64,000 bases of DNA from Pseudomonadota bacterium (GCA_023423775.1 JAFAEZ010000023.1:5532-69531), one strand, 5' to 3'; shown: positions 29,586 through 39,674, numbered from the stretch's first letter. Translations and numbers: made by a program. Notes: generated from the letters alone by a model not told the origin.

Positions 29586-29908
29586 GCGAAGCCGGCATCG
29601 TCACGGTCTACGCGGTCTTCGCGAATGCCGACGAAGCCCGCACCGTCGCCCGAACCGTGATCGACGAGCGGCTCGCCGCCTGCGCAAACCTGCTCGCGCC
29701 GTGCCGCTCGATCTACCGCTGGCAGGGCGCGATCGAGGAGGCCGAGGAGGTGCCGGTGCTGTTCAAGACGGGAGCAGGCAGCGCCAAGGCACTGATCGCG
29801 CGCATCGCCGCGCTGCACAGCTACGACGTGCCCGCCGCCGTCGCCTGGCCGATCGCCGCTGCGCATGCGCCTTACGGCGAATGGGTGAGGGCCGAAACTG
29901 AAGCCTGA
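29582..29908 (+). CDS. cutA: Divalent-cation tolerance protein CutA
   Basis: ERLAACAN, SIYRWQG, HSYDVP; ATGA overlap with ctaA. Confidence 0.92.
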   Translation: MSEAGIVTVYAVFANADEARTVARTVIDERLAACANLLAPCRSIYRWQGAIEEAEEVPVLFKTGAGSAKALIARIAALHSYDVPAAVAWPIAAAHAPYGEWVRAETEA

Positions 29909-29912
29909 AGCG

Positions 29913-30563
29913 TCAGTCGAAGGCGATCCGCAGGCCGAGCTCGGCCGTCAGCAAATTGCCCTTGTGACCGGTCAGCCCGGCCAGCAGCCTCAGGCCCTCC
30001 GGCCAACCGCCGAGATCGGACTCCGCGTTGATATGCCCCGCCTCGCCGGCATCGACCAGCTCGGCGCCCCAGGCCGCGGCCATCGCCTGCGACTTCCCGA
30101 AGGCGGCATAAGGATCGTTGCGGCTCGCAACGACCATCGTCCGGAACGGCAGTGGCAGAAGGGGAAGCGGCGCGAAGCTGTTTAGCCGCGGCTCGACGCC
30201 CGCTTCGACGTCCGCCGGCGCCACCAGCAGCGCTCCGGCCAATTTGTCGCGAAAGGCCTCGCTACACATCAAAGATGCCCACCAGCCCACCGTAAGGCAG
30301 CCGAGGCTGTGCGCCGCCAACACCAGCGGGCGCGTGCTTTCGCGCACGGCGCGGTCGAGCCGCGGAACCCACTGGTCGGGCGTCGGGTGCACCCAGTCGC
30401 CGAAATCTACGCGGCTGAAGTTGGAAAGCACCGCCCAATGGCTCTGCCAATGGTCGGGTCCGGAATTGTCGAGCCCAGGCAGCAGAAGCACGGATGCGGC
30501 GGCGCTCGATTCGCGGAGCAATATTGGAGCGGGCGGGGTTCGGGTCTGGCCGTCACTCTGCAT
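29913..30563 (-). CDS. RBBP9/YdeN family alpha/beta hydrolase
   Basis: PGLDNSGPDHWQSHW, AHSLGC nucleophile, SRNDPY, AGHIN; GGGGAGG SD. Confidence 0.9.
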   Translation of the reverse strand: MQSDGQTRTPPAPILLRESSAAASVLLLPGLDNSGPDHWQSHWAVLSNFSRVDFGDWVHPTPDQWVPRLDRAVRESTRPLVLAAHSLGCLTVGWWASLMCSEAFRDKLAGALLVAPADVEAGVEPRLNSFAPLPLLPLPFRTMVVASRNDPYAAFGKSQAMAAAWGAELVDAGEAGHINAESDLGGWPEGLRLLAGLTGHKGNLLTAELGLRIAFD

Positions 30564-30700
30564 CTGGCGCACCTCCCCGCCGCCGCGGCGGCGTTGGTCA
30601 GCCCGACTCGGGCCGGGAGAGCAAGATGATATTCAACCAGTCCGATTGACAATGGGCTTGCGGCCAAGCGGTGGGGATGGAAGCCGGCCGGCAAGCCGGT

Positions 30701-31231
30701 TCACACGTCGGGCGGCCTCGTGGCGCCGGGTCCGAGCGCCTTCTGCATATAGACATTGTCGAGCCAGCGGCCCTTCTTCCAGCCTACCGCCTGGATCCGC
30801 CCGGCCTCGCGAAACCCGCAGGCCGTGTGCAGCGCCACCGAAGCCGGTTCGGCGCCGCCGATCACGGCCACCATCTGCCGGAAGCCCGCTCGCTCGGAGC
30901 GAACCAACAAGGCTTCGAGCAGGCGCCGGCCGATGCCGCGGCCGCCATCGCCCGCCCGCACATAGATGCTATTCTCGCACGTATAGGCATAAGCCGGCCG
31001 GTCGCGGAACTGCGTGGCATAAGCATAGCCGACCACCTCCCCTCCCGCCTCCGCCACCAGGAAGGGCCAGCCCTGCGCCAGCACATGAACGATCTTGTTG
31101 CGCATGTCCGCCGGGCTCGGGGCCTCGGTGTCGTAGGAGGCGGTGCCGTGCAGCACATGGTGCACATAGATCGCCGCCACTGCTGCCCCGTCGCCGGGCG
31201 CCGCGTCGCGTAAGATCAGCTCACCACTCAT
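30701..31231 (-). CDS. GNAT N-acetyltransferase (phosphinothricin/MnaT-like)
   Basis: HGTASY, VGYAYA, RPAY, ENSIYV, GRGIGRRL, SVALH, GWKKGRWLD. Confidence 0.9.
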   Translation of the reverse strand: MSGELILRDAAPGDGAAVAAIYVHHVLHGTASYDTEAPSPADMRNKIVHVLAQGWPFLVAEAGGEVVGYAYATQFRDRPAYAYTCENSIYVRAGDGGRGIGRRLLEALLVRSERAGFRQMVAVIGGAEPASVALHTACGFREAGRIQAVGWKKGRWLDNVYMQKALGPGATRPPDV

Positions 31232-31358
31232 GCCGGCTGGAATGTCATCCTGCGCGGCCGCTGTCGATCCCGCAGATCGGGGTGGCGGTCAAGAGCTTGA
31301 TCGGCGCGCGGGTTCAAGGGCACAAGCGCTCCGCGTGCAGTTCCCGGAAAGGTCCATC

Positions 31359-31748
31359 ATGTCCCTGAAGCGTATCGTCGTCATTGCCACGGTCGACGTC
31401 CCCGCCGACTATCCGCTGGCAGGGCTCGAGCGCCATTGCATGACCGAAATCGGCAACCAGTGCCGCACGGCGACAGGGATCACTCCAGGCCTCGACAGCG
31501 CCACCGACATGGGCGGATTCAAGATCGTGCAGGGCCGGCGCTTCAAGTGCCGCCGGATCGGCGTCGCAGGGACGATTCGAGTGACCGAGGACAGCAACCT
31601 GCGCATCGAAAGCCTGCGCCTCAAATGCGAGGACGGCGTCGAGGACGTGCTCAAGACGATGGTGCCGGTGGTCGAGATGAAGAGCTACATCGCTGCCGCC
31701 GACAACGGCATGGAGCCGCTGGCGGCGATGCGTCGTCAAGCGGCCTGA
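31359..31748 (+). CDS. Hypothetical protein with internal two-fold repeat
   Basis: GAAAGG SD, GC3-biased codons, two similar RIxVxxTxxVxxD...L...C segments. Confidence 0.65.
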   Translation: MSLKRIVVIATVDVPADYPLAGLERHCMTEIGNQCRTATGITPGLDSATDMGGFKIVQGRRFKCRRIGVAGTIRVTEDSNLRIESLRLKCEDGVEDVLKTMVPVVEMKSYIAAADNGMEPLAAMRRQAA

Positions 31749-31754
31749 TCGCTG

Positions 31755-32015
31755 TTAGCGAGCGGTCAGGAGAGCGTAGAAGGTCGTGAAGGCGAACAGG
31801 ATCGTGCCGAAGGCCATGATCATGATGCCGAAGATGATCAGCGCATAATGGACCGGGTCCTCGCCGTCCGGACGGGCAGGAGCCGGGACATCCGCAGGCG
31901 CGCCCGACAGGCTGCGCCAGAGCCGCCGCACCAGGCGCTGGCGGAATGCCATATGGAACCCCAGCGTCGCCAGCAACAGGGCGAAGAGATCGATCAAGAT
32001 GACGTGGGCGGGCAT
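31755..32015 (-). CDS. Small two-TM hypothetical membrane protein
   Basis: MPAHVILIDLFALLLATLGFHMAFRQ...YALIIFGIMIMAFGTILFAF; AGGA SD. Confidence 0.65.
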   Translation of the reverse strand: MPAHVILIDLFALLLATLGFHMAFRQRLVRRLWRSLSGAPADVPAPARPDGEDPVHYALIIFGIMIMAFGTILFAFTTFYALLTAR

Positions 32016-32240
32016 GATTTTCCTGTCTCCGGGAGTCACCCGCCCAATCGGGGCCGGCAACCAAGTCTGTAACGGCCCAGCTCCCGTTCGGCTGCAATCG
32101 AACCCGTGGCGCACACGATCCGTCCCACCGACCGGAAATGCCGATGCCGCAGCCCGTTTAGAGGCGCGTCCCCCGCGGCAGGCGCGCACGGCCCGACGGC
32201 CGACGCCGTTGCCGCGGATCCCAACCGGAAGGAAAATCTG

Positions 32241-32678
32241 ATGAGAACAGCAGCTTTTGCGATCGCTCTCCTGATGAGCAGCGCGGCCGTCGCGCAGACC
32301 ACTACCGCGGCCGAAGCCGACATGGACGTTAACGCCCAGGTCCAGACCGATACCGGTGTCGCCGCCGACGTCGATGCGGACGTCCATGCCACGACCAGCG
32401 CCCACACGACCGCCGCGAACATGCCGATGGCAAGCGGCCCCGTCGTCCAGGCCGACAACAGCAATCCCGAGCGCGACGCCCGCGGCATCGCCGTAATCTC
32501 CGCCGCTGCGGTCGTTCCCGCCGGCTGGAACGGCGTGGCCGGCACGGCGATGGGCGGTCCGCTCGTTGACCCCGTCACCGGCGCGACGATCGACGACACC
32601 AACGAATCCTATCCGGCTTGCTCGGCCAGCGTGACCGACAATTGCCTCCAGACCTACGAACGCGGCCGCCGCTCCTAG
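32241..32678 (+). CDS. Secreted Ala/Thr/Asp-rich hypothetical protein with C-terminal YPxCSxxxxDxCxQ motif
   Basis: Sec signal MRTAAFAIALLMSSAAVA; AAGGA SD; ends YPACSASVTDNCLQTYERGRRS. Confidence 0.75.
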   Translation: MRTAAFAIALLMSSAAVAQTTTAAEADMDVNAQVQTDTGVAADVDADVHATTSAHTTAANMPMASGPVVQADNSNPERDARGIAVISAAAVVPAGWNGVAGTAMGGPLVDPVTGATIDDTNESYPACSASVTDNCLQTYERGRRS

Positions 32679-32689
32679 GCCGCTGCGGA

Positions 32690-32729
32690 ACGCCCCTCCC
32701 CTGTAGCGTCCGGGAGGGGCGTCCCTCTT
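32690..32729 (+). terminator. Hairpin after the secreted-protein gene
   Basis: ACGCCCCTCCC-N11-GGGAGGGGCGT, weak U-tract. Confidence 0.5.
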
Positions 32730-32774
32730 CGCGGACGCACGCGCCTCACTCGACGCTCGCCTACCTCTCCAAAC

Positions 32775-32803
32775 AAAAAGGGCCGCCCCGCGGGACGGCC
32801 CTT
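32775..32803 (-). terminator. Intrinsic terminator ending the alpha operon right after rpoA
   Basis: Minus strand GGGCCGTCCC-GC-GGGGCGGCCC followed by TTTTTGTTT. Confidence 0.8.
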
Positions 32804-32847
32804 CCTGTTCTGTCATCCTCTCGAAGCGCGGCTTCGGGAGAAGAGGA

Positions 32848-33909
32848 TCAGCCCATCAGCTCCTGCTCGAGCTTCTTGGCCATTTCCTCGATATTCTCGG
32901 GCGGCCAGCCCGGGATGTCCATGCCGAGGCGCAGACCCATGGACGAGAGCACTTCCTTGATCTCGTTCAGCGACTTGCGGCCGAAGTTCGGCGTACGGAG
33001 CATCTCGGCCTCGGTCTTCTGGACGAGGTCGCCGATGTAGATGATGTTGTCGTTCTTGAGGCAGTTGGCGCTGCGCACCGACAGCTCCAGCTCGTCGACC
33101 TTCTTGAGGAGGTAACGGTTGAGCTGGTTGGCGTCGGCCTCGGTCTCGGAGGCGGACGGCGCTGCCATTCCGGTCGGAGCGGCGGTGTGGACGAGCGCGT
33201 CGTCGAAGTGGACGAACAGCTGCAGCTGGTCCTGAAGGATGCGGGCCGCATAAGCGATCGCATCGTCCGGGGTGACCGTGCCGTCGGTTTCGACGGTGAG
33301 CGTCAGCTTGTCATAGTCCAGCTCCTGGCCGACGCGGGTGTTCTCGACCTTGTAGCTGACCTGGCGCACCGGGCTGTACAGCGCATCGACCGGGACGAGG
33401 CCGATCGGCGCGTCGACCGGACGGTTCGACGCCGCCGGGACATAACCCTTACCGACTTCGGCGGTGAGCTCCATGTTGAGCGTCGCGCCCTCGTCGAGGT
33501 GGCAGATGACGAGGTCGGGGTTCATCACCTCGATGTCGCCGGTGGTCGCGATCTGGCCGGCGGTGACTTCACCGGGGCCGGTCGCCGACAATTGGAGGCG
33601 CTTGGGCTGGTCGCCTTCCATGCGGAGCGCGATCTGCTTGACGTTGAGCACGATGTCGGTGACGTCCTCGCGCACGCCGGCGAGCGACGAGAATTCGTGC
33701 AGCACGCCCTCGATGCGCATCGAGGTCACGGCGGCGCCCTGGAGCGAGGAGAGGAGGACGCGGCGCAGCGAGTTGCCGAGCGTCAGGCCGAAGCCGCGCT
33801 CGAGCGGCTCGGCGACGAACGTGGCCTTGCGCCGGCTGTCGCCGCCCGCCTTCTTCTCGAGGGCGTTGGGCTTCTTCATTTCCTGCCAGTTCTTTGCGTT
33901 GACGGCCAT
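32848..33909 (-). CDS. rpoA: RNA polymerase alpha subunit
   Basis: [44 protein letters not shown]. Confidence 0.98.
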   Translation of the reverse strand: MAVNAKNWQEMKKPNALEKKAGGDSRRKATFVAEPLERGFGLTLGNSLRRVLLSSLQGAAVTSMRIEGVLHEFSSLAGVREDVTDIVLNVKQIALRMEGDQPKRLQLSATGPGEVTAGQIATTGDIEVMNPDLVICHLDEGATLNMELTAEVGKGYVPAASNRPVDAPIGLVPVDALYSPVRQVSYKVENTRVGQELDYDKLTLTVETDGTVTPDDAIAYAARILQDQLQLFVHFDDALVHTAAPTGMAAPSASETEADANQLNRYLLKKVDELELSVRSANCLKNDNIIYIGDLVQKTEAEMLRTPNFGRKSLNEIKEVLSSMGLRLGMDIPGWPPENIEEMAKKLEQELMG

Positions 33910-34018
33910 GATCTTCCCTTGGATCCTTCGGAGGGACGGGGGGTCGCCCTTCCGGATTATGTAGAAACTCGAACCGGCGTACCGCCCGCCGCGGATGCGG
34001 GCGGGCGGTACGTCGAAA

Positions 34019-34408
34019 TCAGACGCGGCGACGCTTGGACGGGCGGACGCCGTTGTGCGGGATCGGCGTCACGTCGCGGATCGAGGTGATCTGGAAGCCG
34101 ACCGCCTGCAGCGCGCGGAGCGCCGACTCGCGGCCAGAACCCGGTCCTTTGACCTCGACTTCGAGGGTGCGGACGCCGTGCTCGGCGGCCTTCTTGCCGG
34201 CATCTTCCGCAGCGACCTGCGCGGCGTACGGGGTCGACTTGCGGCTGCCCTTGAAGCCCATCATGCCGGCCGAGGACCATGCGATGGCATTGCCCTGGGC
34301 GTCGGTGATGGTGATCATCGTGTTGTTGAAGCTGGCGTTCACGTGTGCGACGCCGGCGGTGATGTTCTTGCGCTCGCGCCGACGAAGGCGCTGAGGTTCG
34401 CGTGCCAT
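34019..34408 (-). CDS. rpsK: 30S ribosomal protein S11
   Basis: [26 protein letters not shown]. Confidence 0.98.
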   Translation of the reverse strand: MAREPQRLRRRERKNITAGVAHVNASFNNTMITITDAQGNAIAWSSAGMMGFKGSRKSTPYAAQVAAEDAGKKAAEHGVRTLEVEVKGPGSGRESALRALQAVGFQITSIRDVTPIPHNGVRPSKRRRV

Positions 34409-34451
34409 ATCTTTTCTATCCTACCTTAGGAGATCACGAAGCCGCGCGGGC

Positions 34452-34820
34452 TTACTTCTTCTTGCCGGCGATCGGCTTGGCCTTGCCCTTGCGGGTGCGC
34501 GCATTGGTGTGCGTGCGCTGGCCGCGAACCGGGAGGCCCTTGCGATGGCGCAGGCCGCGGTAGCAAGCGAGGTCCATCAGGCGCTTGATGTTCATCGCCA
34601 CCTGGCGGCGAAGGTCGCCTTCGACGGTGTAGCCGGCGTCGATCGCCTCGCGGATCTGGAGCACTTCCTGATCGGTCAGGTCCTGGACGCGACGCTCGGG
34701 CGCGATGCCGAGCTTGGCGGTGATTTCCTTGGCCTTGGTGTTGCCAATGCCGTGGATGTAGGTGAGCGCGATTTCCACGCGCTTATTGGTCGGGATATTC
34801 ACACCCGCAATACGTGCCAT
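34452..34820 (-). CDS. rpsM: 30S ribosomal protein S13
   Basis: [36 protein letters not shown]. Confidence 0.98.
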   Translation of the reverse strand: MARIAGVNIPTNKRVEIALTYIHGIGNTKAKEITAKLGIAPERRVQDLTDQEVLQIREAIDAGYTVEGDLRRQVAMNIKRLMDLACYRGLRHRKGLPVRGQRTHTNARTRKGKAKPIAGKKK

Positions 34821-34952
34821 ATTTACTTTCTCCTGCTCCACAGGACGGCGGGCAAGGCCGTCCCATCTCAGCGCTTTGACACCCGCGAAACGGCCAAAGC
34901 CGACGCGCGCACGGGATGCGCCGCCGGGCCGCCGGTCGATCGGGATGGAGCG

Positions 34953-34981
34953 CAGATAGGGGCGCGCCCGGCCGATGTCAA
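34953..34981 (-). promoter_or_regulatory. sigma70 promoter of rpsM-rpsK-rpoA
   Basis: Minus strand TTGACA-N17-TATCTG. Confidence 0.65.
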
Positions 34982-35042
34982 CCGCACCGCCCCTTCCCGC
35001 GCGCGAGAAAGGACGCGGTTCCGCGCCTTCCAGCCAATCGCA

Positions 35043-35561
35043 TCACCGCGGGGCGGCAAGCCGGCTCCGATAGCGTTCGAGCTGCTCGCGCATTACCTGG
35101 TCGACCGGCGCGGCGAGTTTGTCGGCCCCGCCCCGCACATAGCCGCCGACGACATAGGATTGGACGATCTCGGTGCCGCCGGCGACCGGCTTCAGCGTCC
35201 AGGTCAGGGTTCCGGCCACGCCTTCGGCCTGGAGCGGCCCGAGGCCGCCCTGCAGCCGGAGCATGGCGCCGGGCTGGGCATAGATCACGCGCAGATGCTC
35301 GATGGCGCCGCCGCCGTCCGTCGTCTCGCAGAAGCACCCGCCGACCTTCAGATCGAGACGGAGATTGGCCGCCTTGCCCGAATAGGTGTGCGCCGGATTC
35401 CACCATTCGCCGATGCGCCCGAGCGCGACATAGGCTTTGGCCGGAGGCAGCGGGACCGTCACGCGGCTTTCGACCTCGAACCCGGCGGGCGTCGCGGATT
35501 TCACCTCCGCCGCTGCCGGCGACGCGGCCAGTGCGACGGTGAACAAGGCCAGCTTCTTCAT
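35043..35561 (-). CDS. SRPBCC/START-like exported protein
   Basis: Signal peptide MKKLALFTVALAASPAAA; WWNPAHTYSG, GGCFCE, GGLGPLQ. Confidence 0.75.
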   Translation of the reverse strand: MKKLALFTVALAASPAAAEVKSATPAGFEVESRVTVPLPPAKAYVALGRIGEWWNPAHTYSGKAANLRLDLKVGGCFCETTDGGGAIEHLRVIYAQPGAMLRLQGGLGPLQAEGVAGTLTWTLKPVAGGTEIVQSYVVGGYVRGGADKLAAPVDQVMREQLERYRSRLAAPR

Positions 35562-35601
35562 GCGCGCGCTCCCCACTGCGTGAGGGGCGAGAGTAACGCG
35601 A

Positions 35602-36252
35602 TCAGCGGCCGTCGAGAATAGCCTCGATCGCGCTTTCGACCTCGGCGATCGGCGCCATCCCGTCGACGCGGCGCACCAGCCCCTTGGCCTCGTAGAAAGG
35701 CAAGATCGGCGCGGTCTTGGCACGATATTCGACGAGGCGGTTGCGCACCGTCTCCTCATTGTCGTCGGGACGGCGCTTGAACTGATGGCTTCCGCAGACG
35801 TCGCACGTCTCAGGCACCTTCGGCGCCTTGTAACGGTCGTGATAGCCTTCGCCGCAGCTCGCGCAGGTGAAGCGGCCGGTGATGCGGTCCACGAGGGCGT
35901 CCTCGTCGACGACCAGTTCGATCACCTGGTCGAGCTTCATGTCCTTCTCGCCAAGCAGGGCTTCCAGCGACACGGCCTGCGCCTCGGTGCGCGGATAGCC
36001 GTCGAGGATGAAGCCGTTGCGCACATCCTCCTGGTCGAGCCGGTCGGACAGGATGCCGGTGACGATCGCGTCGGAGACGAGTCCGCCGGCGTCCATCACC
36101 GCCTTGGCCTGCAAGCCGACAGGCGTCTTGGCCGCCACCGCGGCGCGCAACATGTCGCCGGTCGAAAGCTGGACCATGCCCCGGTCGGCCTCGAGCCGAC
36201 TCGCCTGCGTGCCCTTGCCCGCGCCCGGAGGGCCCAGAAGGATGATGTTCAT
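35602..36252 (-). CDS. adk: Adenylate kinase
   Basis: GPPGAGKGTQ, STGDMLR, LDGYPRT, four-Cys LID. Confidence 0.97.
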   Translation of the reverse strand: MNIILLGPPGAGKGTQASRLEADRGMVQLSTGDMLRAAVAAKTPVGLQAKAVMDAGGLVSDAIVTGILSDRLDQEDVRNGFILDGYPRTEAQAVSLEALLGEKDMKLDQVIELVVDEDALVDRITGRFTCASCGEGYHDRYKAPKVPETCDVCGSHQFKRRPDDNEETVRNRLVEYRAKTAPILPFYEAKGLVRRVDGMAPIAEVESAIEAILDGR

Positions 36253-36275
36253 CGAAAACCTACTCCCCCTGGAAC

Positions 36276-37646
36276 TCAGCCGCGCGGGCGGCCGCCCTTG
36301 AGCTTCGCCTTCTTGATGAGGTCGCCATATTGGTGGGCGATCAGGTGGCTTTGGATCTGGGTGACCGTGTCCATCGTCACGTTGACGACGATCAGCAGAC
36401 TGGTGCCGCCGAGATAGAACGGGATGCCGGCGCGGGCGATCAGGAATTCCGGCACCAGACAGATCAGAGTCAGGTAAGCGGCGCCGATCACCGTGATCCG
36501 GGTCAGCACGTAATCGAGATATTCCTCGGTGCGCTTGCCCGGGCGGATGCCGGGGATGAAGCCGCCCTGGCGCTTGAGATTGTCGGCGGTCTCTTCCGGA
36601 TTGAACACCACGGCGGTGTAGAAGAAGCAGAAGAAGATGATGCCGGCGGCATAGAGCGCCATGTAGAGCGGCGCGCCGTGCTGGAGCGCGGTCGTGACCG
36701 TGATCAGGATGTCACCCCAGGCGCTCTCGCCCTGCACGCGGTTGCCCGCGAACTGCGCGATGGTGAGCGGCATGAGCAGCAGCGAGGAAGCGAAGATCGG
36801 CGGGATCACGCCCGCGGTGTTGATCTTCAGCGGCAGGTGCGAACGCTCCTGCTGCACGGCGCCGCGCGCGCTCTGGCGCTTGGGATATTGGACGAGGACG
36901 CGGCGCTGGGCGCGCTCCATGAAGCAGATGCCGAGGATCAGGCCGAACGCCAGCGCGAGCACGCCGATGATCAGGACCGGCGACAGCGTGCCGGTGCGGC
37001 CGCCTTCGAAGACCTGGGCGAGCGCTGTCGGAAGCTGGGCGACGATGCCGGCCATGATGATCAGGCTGACGCCGTTGCCGATGCCGCGGCTGGTGATTTG
37101 CTCGCCCAGCCACATCAGGAACATCGTGCCGCCGACGAGGCTGATCACGGTCGTGATGCGGAACATCATCCCGGGGTCGATGACAGCCGATCCGCCCTGC
37201 CCCGAACCCCAGCCTTCAAGGCCGACGGCGATGAAATAGCCCTGGATCGCGGCCAGGAACACGGTGCCGTAGCGGGTGTACTGGTTAATCTTCTTACGGC
37301 CGCTCTCGCCCTCTTTCTTGAGCGCGGCGAGCGTCGGCGACATCGAGGTCGCCAGCTGCACCACGATCGAGGCGGTGATGTAGGGCATCACGCCGAGCGC
37401 GATCAGGCTCATGCGCTCGAGGCTGCCGCCCGAGAAGGTGTTGAAGAAATCGAGGACCGTGCCGCGGGTCGTATCGAACAGGCTCGCCAGCGCGCGCGGA
37501 TCGATGCCGGGCAGCGGGATGAAGCTCAGGAGACGGAAAACGATCAGGGCGCCGAGGGTGAACCAGAGACGCTTTTTGAGATCGGTGGCCTTGGCGAAAT
37601 TTGCCAGGCTGATATTCGCGGCCAGTTGTTCGGCTTGCGATGCCAT
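36276..37646 (-). CDS. secY: Preprotein translocase SecY
   Basis: LGVMPYITASI, WLGEQIT, GIGNGVSL, FIPGIRPG, GGTSLLI. Confidence 0.98.
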   Translation of the reverse strand: MASQAEQLAANISLANFAKATDLKKRLWFTLGALIVFRLLSFIPLPGIDPRALASLFDTTRGTVLDFFNTFSGGSLERMSLIALGVMPYITASIVVQLATSMSPTLAALKKEGESGRKKINQYTRYGTVFLAAIQGYFIAVGLEGWGSGQGGSAVIDPGMMFRITTVISLVGGTMFLMWLGEQITSRGIGNGVSLIIMAGIVAQLPTALAQVFEGGRTGTLSPVLIIGVLALAFGLILGICFMERAQRRVLVQYPKRQSARGAVQQERSHLPLKINTAGVIPPIFASSLLLMPLTIAQFAGNRVQGESAWGDILITVTTALQHGAPLYMALYAAGIIFFCFFYTAVVFNPEETADNLKRQGGFIPGIRPGKRTEEYLDYVLTRITVIGAAYLTLICLVPEFLIARAGIPFYLGGTSLLIVVNVTMDTVTQIQSHLIAHQYGDLIKKAKLKGGRPRG

Positions 37647-37658
37647 AATGTATTCGAC

Positions 37659-37705
37659 CCCGGAAAAAGATGCGGCGGCGGGAGAATGTTCGCCCCCCGC
37701 CGCCT
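37659..37705. repeat. Hairpin between rplO and secY, near-duplicate of 4470-4513
   Basis: GGCGGCGGG...CCCGCCGCC stem; followed on minus by GCATCTTTTT. Confidence 0.5.
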
Positions 37706-37744
37706 CATATAGTGATCGGTTCCGGCTTGTCAGCCGCTAACCGT

Positions 37745-38284
37745 TCAGGCCTTCGCTTTGGCAGCCTTCTTGGCGGCGGCGCGGGTCGTGCCCTTCTTGG
37801 CAGCGGCCTTCTCGGCGGCCGGAACCACCTCGATCACCTCGACCGAACCGCCGGCAGCCTCGATCGCCTCGCGGGCGCTGGCCGAGAGGCCGGCGACGCG
37901 GAAAGCGAGCTTGGTGCTGATCGCGCCCTTGGCGAGAATGCGGACGCCGTCCTTGCCGCCGCGAGCGACGCCGGCGGCCTTGAGCGCGGCGTGATCGATC
38001 GTGCCCTTGGCGTCCAGCTTGCCGGCTTCGACCAGCTTCTGGATCTGGCCCAGGTTCACCTCGGCGTAATCCTTGGCGAACGGATTGTTGAAGCCGCGCT
38101 TCGGGATCCGCATGTGGAGCGGCATCTGACCGCCCTCGAAGCCCCAGATGGAGACGCCCGAGCGGCTCTTCTGGCCCTTCTGGCCGCGGCCGCCGGTCTT
38201 GCCGAGGCCCGAACCGATGCCACGGCCGACGCGGACGCGGGACTTACGGGCACCTTTATTGTCGCGGAGATCATTGAGATTCAT
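37745..38284 (-). CDS. rplO: 50S ribosomal protein L15
   Basis: [32 protein letters not shown]. Confidence 0.97.
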   Translation of the reverse strand: MNLNDLRDNKGARKSRVRVGRGIGSGLGKTGGRGQKGQKSRSGVSIWGFEGGQMPLHMRIPKRGFNNPFAKDYAEVNLGQIQKLVEAGKLDAKGTIDHAALKAAGVARGGKDGVRILAKGAISTKLAFRVAGLSASAREAIEAAGGSVEVIEVVPAAEKAAAKKGTTRAAAKKAAKAKA

Positions 38285-38359
38285 GTCTTGCACTCGCTTT
38301 CGCTATGTTCGCGCTGATTTTGAAACACGTTACCCCGGCACGAGGGCCGGGGTTCCGTC

Positions 38360-38387
38360 GTCATAGTGAGGCGGCCGCTTTTGGCAA
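38360..38387 (-). promoter_or_regulatory. Putative internal promoter upstream of rplO
   Basis: Minus strand TTGCCA-N16-TATGAC in the long rpmD-rplO gap. Confidence 0.4.
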
Positions 38388-38404
38388 GCCGCCCGGTCGG
38401 TGGC

Positions 38405-38581
38405 TCAGCCCTCGACCTTCACCATGTGCTGCACCTTCTTGATCATGCCGCGCACCTCGGGGGTGTCGCCGAGCTCGACCGTGCGATGCATCTTGTTGAG
38501 GCCCAGGCCGATCAGCGTCTTGCGCTGATCGGGGGTGCGCCGGATCGGCGAACCGGTCTGGGTGATCTTGATCGTCGCCAT
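38405..38581 (-). CDS. rpmD: 50S ribosomal protein L30 (absent from the ORF track, 58 aa)
   Basis: Hand translation [58 protein letters not shown]. Confidence 0.95.
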   Translation of the reverse strand: MATIKITQTGSPIRRTPDQRKTLIGLGLNKMHRTVELGDTPEVRGMIKKVQHMVKVEG

Positions 38582-38588
38582 GGGACGC

Positions 38589-39314
38589 TTACTCCGTCAC
38601 GGCTTCGGCTTCCGCCGAAGCTTCCGCGCCCGACAGGCCGGCACGACGCGCCATCAGATCGGCAATCTTCTTGCCGCGACGCTGCGCCACCGCCTTGGGG
38701 CTGCTCTGATCCTTGAGCGCCTCGAAAGTCGCCCGGATCATGTTGTAGGGGTTCGAGGTGCCGACCGACTTGGTCACCACGTCGGCAACGCCGAGGCTTT
38801 CGAACACCGCGCGCATCGGACCGCCGGCGATGATGCCGGTGCCCTGCGGGGCCGAACGGACGTAGACGCGACCCGCACCGAAATGGCCCTTGCCATCATG
38901 GTGCAGAGTGCGGCCCTCGCGCAGCGGTACGCGGACCATCGCCTTCTTCGCGGCGGCAGTCGCCTTGGAGATGGCTTCCGGCACTTCGCGCGCCTTGCCG
39001 TGGCCGAAGCCGGCCCGCCCCTTGCCGTCGCCAACGACGACGAGTGCGGCGAAACCGAAGCGCTTACCGCCCTTCACCGTCTTCGAGACGCGGTTGATGT
39101 GGACGAGCTTCTCGACGAGCTCCTCGCCCTCTTCCTCGCGATTGCCACCGCGACGATCGTCGCGACGGCCACGGCCACCGCGATTGTCACGGCCGCCGTC
39201 GCGACCACGGCCGCCACGGGCGCCGCGCTCGCGGCGGCCCTCGGTCGGCTGACCCTCGGCGGCGACTGCCTCCGGAGCCTGGCCCTCGGGGGCCTGATTG
39301 TTTTCGTCAGCCAT
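38589..39314 (-). CDS. rpsE: 30S ribosomal protein S5 (long RGG-rich N-terminal extension)
   Basis: [32 protein letters not shown]. Confidence 0.97.
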   Translation of the reverse strand: MADENNQAPEGQAPEAVAAEGQPTEGRRERGARGGRGRDGGRDNRGGRGRRDDRRGGNREEEGEELVEKLVHINRVSKTVKGGKRFGFAALVVVGDGKGRAGFGHGKAREVPEAISKATAAAKKAMVRVPLREGRTLHHDGKGHFGAGRVYVRSAPQGTGIIAGGPMRAVFESLGVADVVTKSVGTSNPYNMIRATFEALKDQSSPKAVAQRRGKKIADLMARRAGLSGAEASAEAEAVTE

Positions 39315-39317
39315 CGA

Positions 39318-39671
39318 TTAGAACTCCAATCCGCCTTCGCGCGCGGCATCGGCGAGAGCCTTCACGCGGCCGTGGAACAGAAAACCGCCACGGTCAAAGA
39401 TAACACGGGTCACGCCCGCAGCCTTGGCGCGCTCGGCGACGCGGCGGCCGACATCCTGGGCGGAGCTGGTGGTGGCACCGCCCTTGCCCTTGACGTCCTT
39501 GTCGATCGTCGAGGCCGAAGCGACCGTGCGGCCGGCGGCATCGTCGATGACCTGGGCGTAGATGTGCTTGCCCGAGCGATGGACCGACAGGCGCAGGCGA
39601 TCGCCGGCGCGCTTGCGAAGCGCGGTGCGGACGCGCTGACGGCGCCGATCGAAGAGAGACATTTTGGCCAT
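39318..39671 (-). CDS. rplR: 50S ribosomal protein L18
   Basis: [26 protein letters not shown]. Confidence 0.97.
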   Translation of the reverse strand: MAKMSLFDRRRQRVRTALRKRAGDRLRLSVHRSGKHIYAQVIDDAAGRTVASASTIDKDVKGKGGATTSSAQDVGRRVAERAKAAGVTRVIFDRGGFLFHGRVKALADAAREGGLEF

Positions 39672-39674
39672 GGC

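Noticed and set aside
32848..37646. Absence of rpsD, rpmJ, infA and map from the spc/alpha region
   Set aside because: Usual for Alphaproteobacteria; only the rplQ absence is notable
39100..39314. RGG-rich repetitive N-terminal extension of S5
   Set aside because: Low-complexity coding extension inside an intact rpsE; not a DNA repeat element
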